Shown here: positions 1 through 21,491 of the stretch, in pieces
Position numbering within the stretch: position 1 is the first letter of the stretch
Layout of the letters: each line of letters opens with the position of its first letter
Source: Catajapyx aquilonaris
Taxonomy: Eukaryota
Reading direction: 5' to 3'
Assembly (NCBI GenBank): GCA_000934665.2
Contig: JYFJ02000514.1
Location: forward strand, 1 to 64,000
DNA length: 64,000 nucleotides
Program-made: the position numbers and the translations under genes
The notes under the pieces: model-generated
Databases searched by the model: none
The model's input: the letters and a program-made list of their open reading frames with translations, nothing else
Told to the model about the DNA's origin: nothing

Positions 1-539
1 GAAGCAAGCGTCGGACACTCCGGGACTTTTACACACTGTTTGAGAACATCATGAAGGACAACTGTACCAAAAATTAGCTTTCTATCTAAAATTTCCAGGT
101 TAAAACCTATTTTGACTGGACTATTGTTTCAGTACTTACTATCAGGTATAACTATCAGGTCTTACTATTACCTGCTATTACCCTTTTCTCAATGAAGGGG
201 GAATGTTTTTGCTCTTATCGATCTAGGATTAAACGTGTATTTCCCTCGCCATGCCAGCAACTACGATGCAACATATGCTCGCAAAAAAAATTAACTGCTT
301 GCGATTTAATAGCAGGAGGTCGTATATCACCCAAGCCATTTCGCTCATGCAATGACTGGTTTAATTGTATCCCAAATTGCTATTGGCAGGGCCAGGAGTC
401 CAAAGGTCAGGTTAGGGTGCGAATATTTGCTCAAAAAATTTATTTGGCGAAACTATTGAATCTGCAAGCTCCTCCCCTAGCTATGAATTGCCCAGGCGCT
501 GCCCAAGCAGCGCAATATTCTAGTGGAGAGTGTGCCGCA

Positions 540-620
540 CCCAACCCAGTATCACGTGGGGTGCTACGTCACTCTCCTGGTATAAAACCCAGCTTTGGGG
601 AGCCTTCGGCGCGAATTCCA
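540..620 (+). promoter_or_regulatory. Core promoter of alpha-tubulin copy 1 (E-box CACGTG 553-558, TATAAA 581-586)
   Basis: TATA box ~160 nt upstream of the ATG at 740. The same block is conserved at ~9765-9850 in front of copy 3. Confidence 0.75.
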
Positions 621-739
621 TTTTGAAGAGGGACCTCGTCGCACTGTCCTTGCTTGCAAATAGGACCATTCGTCATTTATTAAACCACCTCATTATTATT
701 TTTTTTTGCAAACCATTTAAGCACTAGCACATCATCATA

Positions 740-3675
<2,936 letters not shown>

Positions 3676-5526
3676 TAAGACATTGAATAAGACGACTCAA
3701 CAGTCTCAATAAGAGAGACATCAGGGAAACTCAAACGCAACACACTCTCAGCTCAGATGCTTGATTGTAACTCGTTTTTTGCACCATGTTTACCTTCGAT
3801 GGGTGTTGATGCCTTTGATGCTGCCATAGCACTGCCTAAACACGATTTGGAGTTTTTGTAACGTACAGTATTCACATCTGAAAAATATGCAAACGATGAA
3901 AATAAAAAAAATGAAGCTGAATTAAGTGCAAACTATACATAACCTGTATTTTATTATATTATCCTCAGAAGAACTAATGTCAAGACGGTGGTGGAGGTTC
4001 GACGATAATTTTCATCAACGGATAATTCGCATTATCTTGCTAGTTAATTCATGAAATATGACATGTTCCCTGCATGAATCAGTTAGGCCTACCAGTGGAC
4101 ATCAGCAGCATATAAAACTGTTTAGGAATATTACAGACGCAAACCGAAACTTTTGAAATGTCTGACAGTTATTCTACTTGTCCTTACCTGAAAGACTGCG
4201 CACTTTCCGATAAGCTATATCTGAGCTGCTGCTATCCGTGGGCCTACGCTGCCAAATTATGACCATGAGCCATAATTAGTGTGGCGACAAGGCTCATGTG
4301 CAACTCGATAAGGTGTGGTTGGTAATCATCTGTTACCACCACAGCCTTATACGCGACCCCAATGTTCGGTCGAATTGGCCTGGAACTTTCGCATGATACC
4401 ACCCACGACTCTGCGTCATCCTGGTGCTGCCTGAGCTCTCACTTATTGATCCGGTAAGTTTATCTCCCCGTTTTTATCACACCGTCTCGACCGGACTCGA
4501 TTGTTCCATAGGGCACACGGATCAGCGGAATCCTCTCCAGCTGCAGAGACCTGGAATCAAATGGCGTAGGGCTGGTGGCCTATCTGACACGATAAGCGGC
4601 TGGCTCCCATGACGTCACCCCCGAACCTGTTTTCTGAACGCTCCCCTCCGCCTTCCAGGATCTGAACGCGCCCACGCCGCCTGCTGTCAGGGGTGCCACT
4701 CTCTTTCCCGCACGCGTCACGCGTCAGCAGTCCACGGAGGAACATCTGGTGCTTGCTAGCTTTGTAACCATATGTTTGTAAGTTCGACGGAATGGGCGAC
4801 AGAATGACAGCTTGAAAATGGCCTGCCGCAGCCCATGACACTAGGTGCCAATACATTGCAAAGGAGAGGAAATGAGTCGTTTTTCAAGAGGTCCATTTCC
4901 GTCCATTTCTCCCTCAACTTTATCGAAGAGAATAATGTTGTGTGTGTGTGAACCGGGAAGGAGGACAATGGATCTGTTCCGCAAGAGGAAGTGCACGTCG
5001 CTGATGATGTTAATGATGATAATGACGACACCCTTTTTCATAATAACCTTGGCTCACTTTTATCCCCCACGATGCATCTTTATTAATAGTTTCCACCCCC
5101 CTTTTTTTGAACTCGCATTCTCGTCAATGACATACCCCAAGCGTGGCTGAAATCACCGCAAAAAAAACATTGCATTATTCTAACTGAAGCCCTCATCTCC
5201 CACCTGGCCGCAAACCTTCGCGTGCAAAGCAGACCGACCAATGGGCCTCTTCCTTTCCTTATACGGCCTGCATGTAACGGTGACACGTAATAATAAAGCC
5301 CGCAGGTTTATTGGCTCTCCCGGGCTCTCACTTTCAAATTCAGCGACTTATATTAATTAGGAGCCGGCCAGTCAAACATTTAACTTTTAATTACTGCTCA
5401 CCAAACAAGCGGGGCTAATCCTGTTTAATTACCTTTCCCATAGGTTCAGGCCGTTGCAGGGCCGGCGTTAGGTGAGATGGCGCCCTGTGCCGTTTGACAT
5501 ATATTACGCCCCCCCACCCCCCCGAC

Positions 5527-6183
5527 CAGGGCCGGATTTAGGGGGCTCCGGGGCGATCTTGGTTAGCCCTCCCCCCCCCCCCCCNCCCCCCCCCCCGAAC
5601 GTAGAAATTAAAATATACAGCAATAAGGCAGAAAATTTCGGGTTGGGGCCCATTTCATAAATCATAAGCACTAGGTGAACAAGTGGTAAATGTCGAGGAG
5701 GAAGCCCGCCGCAGGCGCAAAATTTTTGGGTTCAAGGTTACCCGAGCTTTAATAGGTGAATGTGGGAGATTTGAATGGGTATGTATTTGATGAAATTGGT
5801 AGCACTTTTCCCCCCAAAATCATGAATTAGTAATTTATAATACTATATTTCCGGCTATTTCAAACATTTCGTGGGGGGTGGGGAGGGGGCGACCCGCCTG
5901 GGCCCCGTGCCCCCCCTGCATACGCCACTAAGGATAATTCACTGCCACGGGAAAGCGGGTATAGTGCTCCCGTCACTACTTTATTGTCTCCCTTTTCCGA
6001 CGAGGAATTGCTTACTATTAATAAGCATTTAAGCGTGGAGCTCGAGGTTCGTCAGTATCGTCACAAGTAGTTAATTTTTAATTTTTAATAATAAAATGAA
6101 ATATGTTACACTTTTTGTGGGTGCCCCCTGGCAGGGGGGGCCGGGGGCGCTCGTACCCTGCGCCCCCTATAAATCCGGCACTG
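5527..6183. mobile_element. Nested hAT-type MITE inside the outer element
   Basis: TIRs CAGGGCCGGATTTA and TAAATCCGGCACTG. 8-bp TSD CCCCCGAC/CCTCCGAC (7 of 8 match). Contains a C-run with an N at 5585. Confidence 0.75.
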
Positions 6184-6205
6184 CCTCCGACTGCTTTTTA
6201 TTTAC

Positions 6206-6420
6206 TTTTTGGAAGGGGGCGCCTTTTTAGAAGGGGCGCCTTTTTGGAAGGGGGGGACCTTTTGGAAGGGGCGCCTTTTTGGAAGAGGGCGCCTTTTTGG
6301 AAGGGTCGCCTTTTTGGAAGAGGGCGCCTTTTTCGAAGGGGCGCCTTTTTGGAAGGGGCGCCTTTTTGGAAGGGGCGCCTTTTTCGAAGGGGGCGCCTTT
6401 TTGGAAGAGGGCGCCTTTTT
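6206..6420. repeat. Minisatellite, ~12 copies of a 16-19 bp unit TTTTTGGAAGGGGCGCC
   Basis: Directly visible tandem array inside the outer MITE. It explains the spurious ORFs at 6103-6585. Confidence 0.95.
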
Positions 6421-6919
6421 ATACGACATTTTTATATTATTTGGAAAGGGCTCATCACGCTTCTTTCGCGCCCCACACGCATCTGCGCCCTGTGCGGTAG
6501 CACTGGTCGCACACCCCTAGCGCCGGCCTGGGCCGTTGCTATAGCTATGATGAAGAAAATTATCATGTACGGTACTATTATATAGGCCCAATGGCTGATA
6601 AGCGGCATAAACGGTAACTGAATAAACAGTTTATTCTTATTTGAACTTGATTAGCCGGCCGTTATTTAATCTACCGGCCCCATTTTTTTTTGTGTGTGTG
6701 TTTTTCTTTACAAGTCTGTCAGCGAAAACTTGTATTGTGTCTGCAGTCAGCGAAGGTATGCCATGTCGATGACCCCCATTGAAATTAATTTCGCACAGGT
6801 TTTGGAGAGAGAAAAAGAGGAAAGGGGGACAAAAGGGTCGTTACACAATCTGGCAACAATGCACGTTGAACTGACTCATTTTTCCCGGCATACGAGGGGG
6901 GAAACGCCTCGTCCAAACG

Positions 6920-7110
6920 GGCCAATCAGCGCCGTTTCCGTCTCCGGAGCCGAGTTCACACCATCCAGCCGGGTTGCATGCCAGCCAATGGCAGGCTGTG
7001 ACGCATGCGCATTGGCTGGGTGACTAGCACGTTTAATTGCAGGAGGAGTGACGTCACCGCGGGTATAAATAGGACCCACCGGCGGCGCTTTCCTCTTTCC
7101 AGTTTCCAGT
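6920..7110 (+). promoter_or_regulatory. Promoter of alpha-tubulin copy 2 (CCAAT boxes, CRE TGACGTCA 7049-7056, TATAAA 7064-7069)
   Basis: Motif cluster upstream of the ATG at 7283. Unrelated to the promoters of copies 1 and 3. Confidence 0.7.
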
Positions 7111-7282
7111 TTTCATCCATTCCAGGCCCCCATTCGCCTCGCTCAGCTCATCGTTGGTGGTTGATTTGCTTGGTCCCGTCAGACCGAATCCGGGCAATTA
7201 AGCTACCTGCCGACGAGCTCACCTTCCACACACACACATCACTCTTTAGAAGGACCCTAGCAATCTCATCAAAGCAACAATC

Positions 7283-8973
<1,691 letters not shown>

Positions 8974-9459
8974 GAATCTCAACCTGGAACTTCCATGAGC
9001 GCATGTGGCGCATGACATTTGGAGGTCTGAATCATTAAAAATCATTTCCTGACCAATTCTCTCAACTACCTTACTCCCATTTTCAGCCTTCCAGGTTTTT
9101 ATTATGTTGAGAGATGAGTGGAATGCTGCAGATGCAACTAGGTACACCACAGCAATCATTGCATATTTTAGGGTCACCTGAGTCCAAGTAGCTCTTAATT
9201 AATTAATTAGTTTGGTCATTCGTAAATCATGATGTCACCCATTTTCCGACCGAAAGTGACCTTATTCGTCCAAAATTGCGCTGACTCACCATTTCCCCGG
9301 CCGGCTTCAATTGAGTGGTTCAACGCACCAATTGCGATCCTCAGTTACATGCTGGTGGGTCACGTGGCCTGCGTGAAGAGACACGTTGCATGCGAGTGAC
9401 TCATACCTCCCGAGAAACGACCAGAGTCTGCGAGAACATTCTATAGTTGTCCCTGCCGG

Positions 9460-14069
<4,610 letters not shown>

Positions 14070-14182
14070 GGACAAGGACAGCAGCTGCGGGGAAAGCATG
14101 AGGAGGATCGCCGGATGCCGCAGCAGCCCGTAGGTGCCACCAGGACAGCAGCAGCAGCTGCCAGGTGTTCCATCCAGCAGCA

Positions 14183-17100
14183 ATGGAGATAGCCAAGTCC
14201 CTGTTCGGACAGAGGGTGCCCGATGGCTACGCGGGGAGGACCAACTTCAACGCAAGTGACACACACACTCTCTCTCTTGGGCATATAGGGACAGTGCACT
14301 GACCATCCTATCTGATGCAGGTGGTGGAGACCGCGGTGTCTGAGGACGAGGACTCCGCCTCCTACTACCCTGCCGATGTTCCAGAGGGGGTGTGCGTGTC
14401 CGCAGAGGGAGGGATGACACCCACTCCTGGAGGGGCCTTCTCCGCGCTCACTCCTTCCATGTGGCCGCAGGAGATTCTGCTGAGCGGTGTGGGCGGAGGA
14501 GGGCTGGAAGAGAGCGGGGACGGCGGAGGAGGAGGAGGAGGGGGAGACCCAAACGCACAGCCGGAGTACAGGTTCGATGAGTTTGGCTTCCGGGTGGAGG
14601 AGGAGGACGGGCCGGAGCAGAGCTCCAGCAAGCTGCTAGGGATACCCTTCATTGAGGATCCACAGCATCGGTAAGGTGCACTCGGGTAATCCTAACATTT
14701 CCCACAATAGCTGGACAGACAGTTATTGTTCAAAGTGCAGGCACGAAGAATAAGTACGAATGGCTATGTTACGAGACTTGACGTAACAGATGTTACCAAA
14801 GGGTGTGGACAAATGGGGAAGGCTGCCTGGTATGGGGCTTGTGCAATGGCATTCAATCTGTGGGGGGCATATTATGTTTATCTGCCCCCAAATGTTGGTA
14901 GAAAACATATCTTGTTCCCGTATGACTAATGGCATTTGACTTGTTCAGTTACTGATTATGATTACAGATTATGATTACAGTTATGATTCCTCCCATCCCT
15001 GTCCTTCAGGCCGAAAATTTCTGCTTGCAAATAATGTATTTTTAGGCAATGAAATCATCATGTATGTGCTTCAGTGCTGCATGAGCTCATAACAGTTGCA
15101 CTTACATCTGAAACCTGGTTAAATGATGGAAATACATGCAAAGTAATGTGGAACAGGTGTTTCACCTTGCACAGACTGTAAAGGTGCGTTAACATGTGAG
15201 CAATTTGATTGCGCGATGTCAATGCCAGCGATAACAACACTGAGTAACCCGAGTAACCAGTATTGTTGGAGGCGAAAATCGATTGTTACTCCCAACTCAA
15301 ACAATATGGGTTACCTCACTCGGTGATGACGTCGCTCTTCTTCACTTGTCAAACCGCTCACATGTAAACGGGGGGGGCTTAATTGCTGTAGCGAAGAATT
15401 TATTAAGACTGAACGTATCGGTACCAGCTTGAACTAATTAATATTTCAATGTTGAATAATTTGCATCAGCACAGCAATTTTCCAGTTTGATGGTGATGCG
15501 TTTGACAGTTGTTCTAATTGGCTCATTTGCCTGCTGTGTCTCAGGTTGCATTGGATAGCCTACCTGGAGTTCAGCCACAACAAGGAAGTGAGTGACCTGA
15601 CCTGGGACAGGGTGGAGGTTCGCCTTCCTGTCACAGAGCAGCTCAGGTCAATGGTCAAGGAAGGAATACCACACTCTCTCAGGCAGCAGCTGTGGATGAG
15701 GCTCTCTGGTATGTATTTGAAATCCACCTATCTTGTTAGCATTATTTAATCCCATCTTGAATGCTTGACCAAGAAAATATCCATTTCACAGGTGCAATGC
15801 AGAAGAAGATGTCATCTGAGATAAGCTACAAAGACGTGGTGAAGCAGTCGAGCAATGATGCATTGATGACCTCTAAGCAAATTGAGAAGGACCTGCTGAG
15901 GACCATGCCTAGCAACGTCTGCTTCAGCAATTTCAGCAGCACTGGTGTCCCCCGGCTTAGGAGGGTCTTGCGGGGGATTGGTTGGCTCTACCCGGACATT
16001 GGATACTGCCAGGGAACTGGGATGATTGCTGCCTCCCTTCTTCTCTTCATGGAAGAGGAGGACGTCTTTTGGATGATGTGCACCATTGTTGAGGACCTCC
16101 TGCCTGCTTCTTATTACTCTTCCACTCTCCTAGGTATGATGGACCAAGCTCATCCGTGCTCAATTCCTTTTTTAAAACCCATGTTTCCTTCTGACAGGTG
16201 TTCAAGCTGACCAGAGAGTTCTTCGCACCTTGATCTGCAGTTACTTGCCAGACGTGGATCTGGTTTTGAAAGAGCATGACATTGAGTTGTCCCTGATCAC
16301 CATGCACTGGTTCCTCACCTTGTTTGCATCGGTGGTGCACATGAAGATCCTTTTGCGCATGTGGGATCTGTTCTTCCTGGAAGGAAGTGTCATCATCTTC
16401 CAAGTTACTATGGGAATGCTAAAACTCAAAGGTGAGTGGCGGAATGCTGGGCTTCTGGTAGAGGTTGGTTATGTTCTGAGGGTCATTTTTTGACAGTGCA
16501 ATTCTTTTCACAGAACCTGAGCTGAAAGTGCTGGAAAATTCTGCCCAGATATTTAATGCCCTTTCCGACATACCAGGAGATATCGAGGATGTTGAGGAGA
16601 TGCTCCGGGTTTCACTGCAGGTGAGCGGAAACTTAAGCGGTGCCATGATCGAGACGCATCGGCGTCGCCACCTTGCCTACCTCATGGCCGACCAGGGTGC
16701 TCTAGTGGGCAACCCTGACTCAGCACCAAACCTACCAAAGCAGCACTTGAACCGCCGTCAACTGAAAAAGTCAAAGTCCGCCTTGCAACTACTACTCTTT
16801 GGAGAAGGTTTGTTGTACCAACTGTCACTTACCCATTAACGTGCTTGTGACTTACATTCCAACAAACAGGATCCGATTCCCCTGAGGATGCGAGGTTGAA
16901 GAATGTGAGGCAAACTGAAGTGATGGTGGACCTGAGGGAAGCTGTGCTGCAGGTGGCCAGACATTTTGTGGCAGTGGATCCAAAGGGTAGCAGTGCCAAG
17001 CATGTGAACCTCACGCCAGACTATGCAATGGACAGCCATGCAAGGGACCACCACAATTATGTCAGCGTGTCGCAGAACAGGAGGAGGAGGGCCAAGGCAC

Positions 17101-18248
17101 TTCTCGGTAAGTACTGCAGGGGTGTTGCAGGCAGAAGTAATTACGATGCCAATTGTTCAAGGCACTTTGTGTAAAGTTAGTGAAAATTTCGTTACATGCC
17201 ATGAGTCACATGTTGAAATGCTTTCCAGACTTTGAGCGCCACGACGATGATGAGCTTGGCTTCCGCAAGAATGACATAATAACAGTGCTGAGCCAGAAAG
17301 ATGAGCACTGTTGGGTTGGAGAGTTGAATGGACTGAGGGGATGGTTTCCGGCCAAATTTGTGGAGCTTCTAGACGAGAGAAGCAAACAGTACACCAGCGC
17401 AGGGGACGACTCAGTCACAGAAGGTGTAACTGATCTAGTCAGAGGAACACTAGGACCTGCTCTTAAACAGGTCCTTGAGCATGGAATGAAGAGGCCATCC
17501 ATTCTGGGTCTGTTTCTATGCCGTTATTTTCACAACTTTGGATATGCGGTTTAAAAAAAATTAATTAATTGCAACTTGTTTGGACAGGTGGACCGTGCCA
17601 TCCGTGGCTGTTCATAGAGGAGGTAGCTCTCAGAGAAGTGGAGAAAGACTTCATCTCTGTATACAGTAGATTGGTGCTTTGCAAAACATACAGACTGGAT
17701 GAGGATGGAAAGGTCTTGACTCCAGAGGAGGTTAGTCATGTACGAAAACAAAGCACTTGTAATATTGCAAAGAGGGTGGCAGCCGCTTCTCCAATTAGAG
17801 CAAGGCTATAATGTCTCTTAAATCCCTGCAGTTGCTGTACCGTTGTGTTCAGGCAATAAACATGTCCCATGATGCCGCCCATGCGCAGATGGATGTGAAG
17901 CTGCGAAGTCTTGTGTGCATGGGGCTCAATGAGCAAGTTCTCCACCTCTGGCTTGAAGTACTCTGCTCATGCGTGGAAGTCGTGCACAAGTGGTACGTAA
18001 ATATCTTGTTGGGCACCAATTGATCATGTTAACAAGAATGTTTTGGATGTTGCAGGTACCAACCCTGGAGCTTTGTGAACAGCCCGGGATGGGTGCAGAT
18101 AAAGTGTGAGCTGCGCATCTTGTCGCAGTTTGCATTCAACCTGAACCAAGACTGGGAGCTGCCCAGCAGGAAGGAGCAGAGCCAGCCTCTGAAGGAAGGA
18201 GTCAGGGACATGCTGGTCAAACATCACCTCTTCAGCTGGGATTTGTAA
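14183..18248 (+). CDS. SGSM3: Small G protein signalling modulator 3 (RabGAP TBC + SH3 + RUN); exons ~14183-14251, 14321-14670, 15545-15708, 15792-16133, 16198-16431, 16514-16807, 16870-17106, 17229-17507, 17588-17730, 17832-17992, 18056-18248
   Basis: [14 protein letters not shown] motifs IEKDLLRT and IGYCQG; SH3 [18 protein letters not shown]...[11 protein letters not shown] domain; C-terminus [12 protein letters not shown]. The start could instead be the ATG at 14315. Confidence 0.93.
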
Positions 18249-18818
18249 CTGGGGATGTGGAGGAGGGGATGCTTCTCCGTTCCTCCTCCTGCCAGGTCTT
18301 TCACCTGAAAAGATTTCCTTCCATGGAGAGCGAGTTCTCATTAAATCTGCAAGGAGTTTTATTCATAGTGGACGTGAACAATGGAATTCTAATTACTTGA
18401 ATTCTAACTTTTAAAGGAATATTAGAGAACCGGAAAAGGATGTGGCTGGCATATTGTAGCTTTATGGGTGCTAGAATAGGAAAGATTAGCAAGGCCTGGA
18501 ACGTTCCAAGCAGAACACGGCCACACACAAAAATTCGCGGCAGTTCAGCTAATTACTGACGGATGTTGGTGTCAATCACAAAGAAAGTTCACCGTGAAGA
18601 GGAAAGTATGTTTGCATGCTCATTCCTGATTAGCTGATAAATTGGCCTTGCTGTGCAGCCATATCTTACGGCCTCATTTAACTTGACCAATTCAGTGTTC
18701 ATGCACAGTGCATTGGTATCATTCAGATTGTGTTTTAATGGGACGCGACAGGACTGGTGGGGTGAAGACGAGAGAGAGAGAGAGAGATGGAGTGAACGAA
18801 TGACAATAGGTAGCTGAG

Positions 18819-18920
18819 TGAGAATTTTTCTACATCTAATGAATGAGCGGTTGCGTACGGGTAAGTAGAAATTTACCCGTAAATAACCACTCGTTCATTG
18901 GGTCAACAAAAAATCTCTCA
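18819..18920 (+). ncRNA. Pre-miRNA-like hairpin 1 (candidate)
   Basis: 27-bp stem at 18838-18899 (2 G:U pairs, 3 mismatches), 8-nt loop, plus a basal extension TGAGAATTTTT / AAAAATCTCTCA. Confidence 0.4.
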
Positions 18921-19001
18921 TGGGGTGTGACAGGGACTGACTGACTGAAAATGCAACAGGGGTATACGGTGAAGGCATGGAAATAGGTAGCTGGGTGACA
19001 G

Positions 19002-19086
19002 ATATTCCCTCATAATGGAATGATCAGTTGCTTACGGGTAAACTTCAGTAGAAATTTATCCGTAAATAACTGATCATTGGGGATGT
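19002..19086 (+). ncRNA. Pre-miRNA-like hairpin 2 (candidate paralog of hairpin 1)
   Basis: 24-bp stem at 19019-19078 (2 G:U pairs, 1 mismatch), 11-nt loop. Shares the leader AATAGGTAGCTG and the core TACGGGTAA...CCGTAAATAAC with hairpin 1. Confidence 0.4.
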
Positions 19087-20011
19087 GCAAGCGTGCTTTT
19101 CATTTTAAGACTGATCATTGTGTGCAACAGATATCACCTGTCCCAGATCAATTTTACAAGTGCATAACTGCTCAGCAGCCAAGCTACTTCTATGCAGATT
19201 CAATGAGATGCGACTTGGCCATGCTGAAGAAATCTACCACATGACCATTCCAAATATCAAAACAAAACAGCTCACCTGTACCTGTTGGCCGACTAAAACG
19301 CTGCCAGCCATTTGTTTTACCGCTTCTTAGTCATTTCTGGGGGGAAAAAAACAACCTGTGGCGCAAAGAAAAGACAAACTATGGCTGTGCTACTTAAACA
19401 TTCTGGTTCCTTATTGACTAGTCAGCATGTTCATTTTATTTCGTGTTGTGCAAATAAATAATAAAATGTATTTAATTGAACGTCAACGTCTGACTGACCA
19501 ATTCCCATTTTCACAGCGACACAGTGGTAAGTAATGCGGGGTCAAGTTTGGCAATGTTTTATGCATTCAGGTAGACAGCTGGTGCAATATTATGATCCCA
19601 AAAATATTGTTGTCTTTGGCATATTTGCTCCAGTGGCCCTCTAGGCAGCCCCCGTAAAAGAGTCAAAAATTAACATTTTGGGTGAGGCTGTACAGTCCTA
19701 AATTTTAATTCGTACCAAAAGTATTTCGGTTTTGTTGGTTGAGTTGATATTTTTCTTGCATCTCTACGGAAATGAGGGTGCTATAATGAACACACAAATC
19801 CACCTGGGAATAATAACCACGGTTACCTGTTTAGCTTTATTTTGTGAAGTATTTCGCTAATGTTCTTCAATAAGTTTTCGGCTAATTCCAAAAGGCATAT
19901 GGGTAGATCTGGCCTACCCGCCTTTTGTGGGTCTAAATTTCACGAGTGTTTTCAGGAGTGAAAATTCGAGGGTGCGAGTAAACTGCACATGTAAGTAGAA
20001 TTTTTGGAAAA

Positions 20012-21491
20012 ATGGCTGAAAGTGAAGACCACCCTTTGCTCAGAGCACCACGCTCCCTGTACATTATGAGGCACGGGGAGAGGATGGATTTTGTGTTCAA
20101 GAACTGGATTCAACAGTGCTACAATTCAGGTATTGCATGTGGTTACATTACTTGGCGGTAGATATGACATAATGAATATCATTGTGTACGTATTTTCTTA
20201 AGGTGGATACCGTCGCTGTGACCTGAACCAGCCTTCGTCCCTCCCTGAGCGTGGAGACGTTCCTTGGTCTTTTTCCCAAGATACCCCTTTAACGGAACTG
20301 GGGGCTGTACAGGCCTTCAGTCATGGTGAGTTTGACCTTCTCTTTGTTTCCAGCTATTCACATGTAACAATCATAAATCAACCACTACCCTAAATGGTAA
20401 CTAAAATTAAGTGGCATTGTAATGATGTAATGCCATAACTTGTCAATCTCATAATAATACACATTGCAAGTATTCAGGTCTCTTTAGTCATTAAACATTT
20501 CGCCTGAGGTTATTTTTGTGTACCTTTCTTGCACCCCGATCCACACGCCCAAGGAACGGGCGAATGTAGCAGTTGCAATACATTAATTGGGCGCATTGAT
20601 TGTGGTGCCAAAGGCTACACAAAAATAACGTTGGGAGAAATTTGAGGAATACTTGGAACACACTACATGATATGCCTTCACAGGGATGGCCCTTCGAGAA
20701 AGTGGTATAAAAATTGGCCACGTTTACTCTTCCCCTGCACTGCGATGTGTGGAGACGGCGTATCATGTCCTGAAGGGCTTGGAGCAGGTTGATGTGCCCA
20801 TATGCGTAGAGCCAGGCCTCTTTGAATGGATGCACTGGTACAGGGTCGGCAAGAAGCCCACTTGGATGACCCTGACCGAACTGTCCAATGCCGGGTTCAA
20901 CATTCAGATGAAGTACGACACAGTCTTCACTACTCATGAGATCCAGCACAATACGGAGAAGCTCAGCAAATTCTACGAAAGGGGAAACAGGGTTGTTAAA
21001 GCCATCCTGCAGGAGGCCCCTCCAGGTCTACAACGTAAGAATTCCTCCAGCCCTTTCAAACTCAGCAGCACTGTGCCTATTGGCCGCTTTCTTCTGCTAT
21101 AATGTCGAGCATCTTCCCTAGATCACCACTGAAGCCATGTTGTAATTTTTTTACCATTGGAATTCCAGCTGTGAACATCCTGATTATTGGACATACAGCT
21201 ACGCACGACACATGCACAAGACAACTGCTGGGACGTCCAATCCGAAAAATCTCGGATTTCACCAAGGTGTTGAAGAATGTGCCATACTGCAGCATGGCCG
21301 TGTTCAAGGAGGAAACCATGATGATGGCTAATGGTTTGAGTGAAGACGAAGAAGGCATAGGAAACGGGGAAGCAGTGGGAGAGGTAGGCCGTTGGGAGAT
21401 GGTGAAGCCTCCAATCCAACACTTCACCAATGCAGAGAACCCAAGGTTCAAGTGGGAAATGCTCCGAAAAGAAGACATGGAGCAATCATGA
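20012..21491 (+). CDS. Histidine phosphatase of the Sts/UBASH3/ecdysteroid-phosphate phosphatase family, ~301 aa; exons 20012-20129, 20203-20325, 20684-21025, 21169-21491
   Basis: LYIMRHGERMD (RHG motif), DLNQPSSLPER, DTPLTELG, YSSPALRCVET, VEPGLFEW, NILIIGH. Exons join in frame (906 nt). Confidence 0.88.

Larger units (their letters stand above)
5457..6530. mobile_element. Non-autonomous hAT-type element (MITE), outer
   Basis: TIRs CAGGGCCGGCGTTAGG and CCTAGCGCCGGCCTG. Perfect 8-bp TSD GGCCGTTG at 5449-5456 and 6531-6538. Confidence 0.85.

Noticed and set aside
6206..6420. CRISPR-like array, or repetitive proteins from the ORFs at 6103-6585
   Set aside because: The units are contiguous with no unique spacers, the context is eukaryotic, and the ORFs are by-products of a minisatellite inside a MITE.
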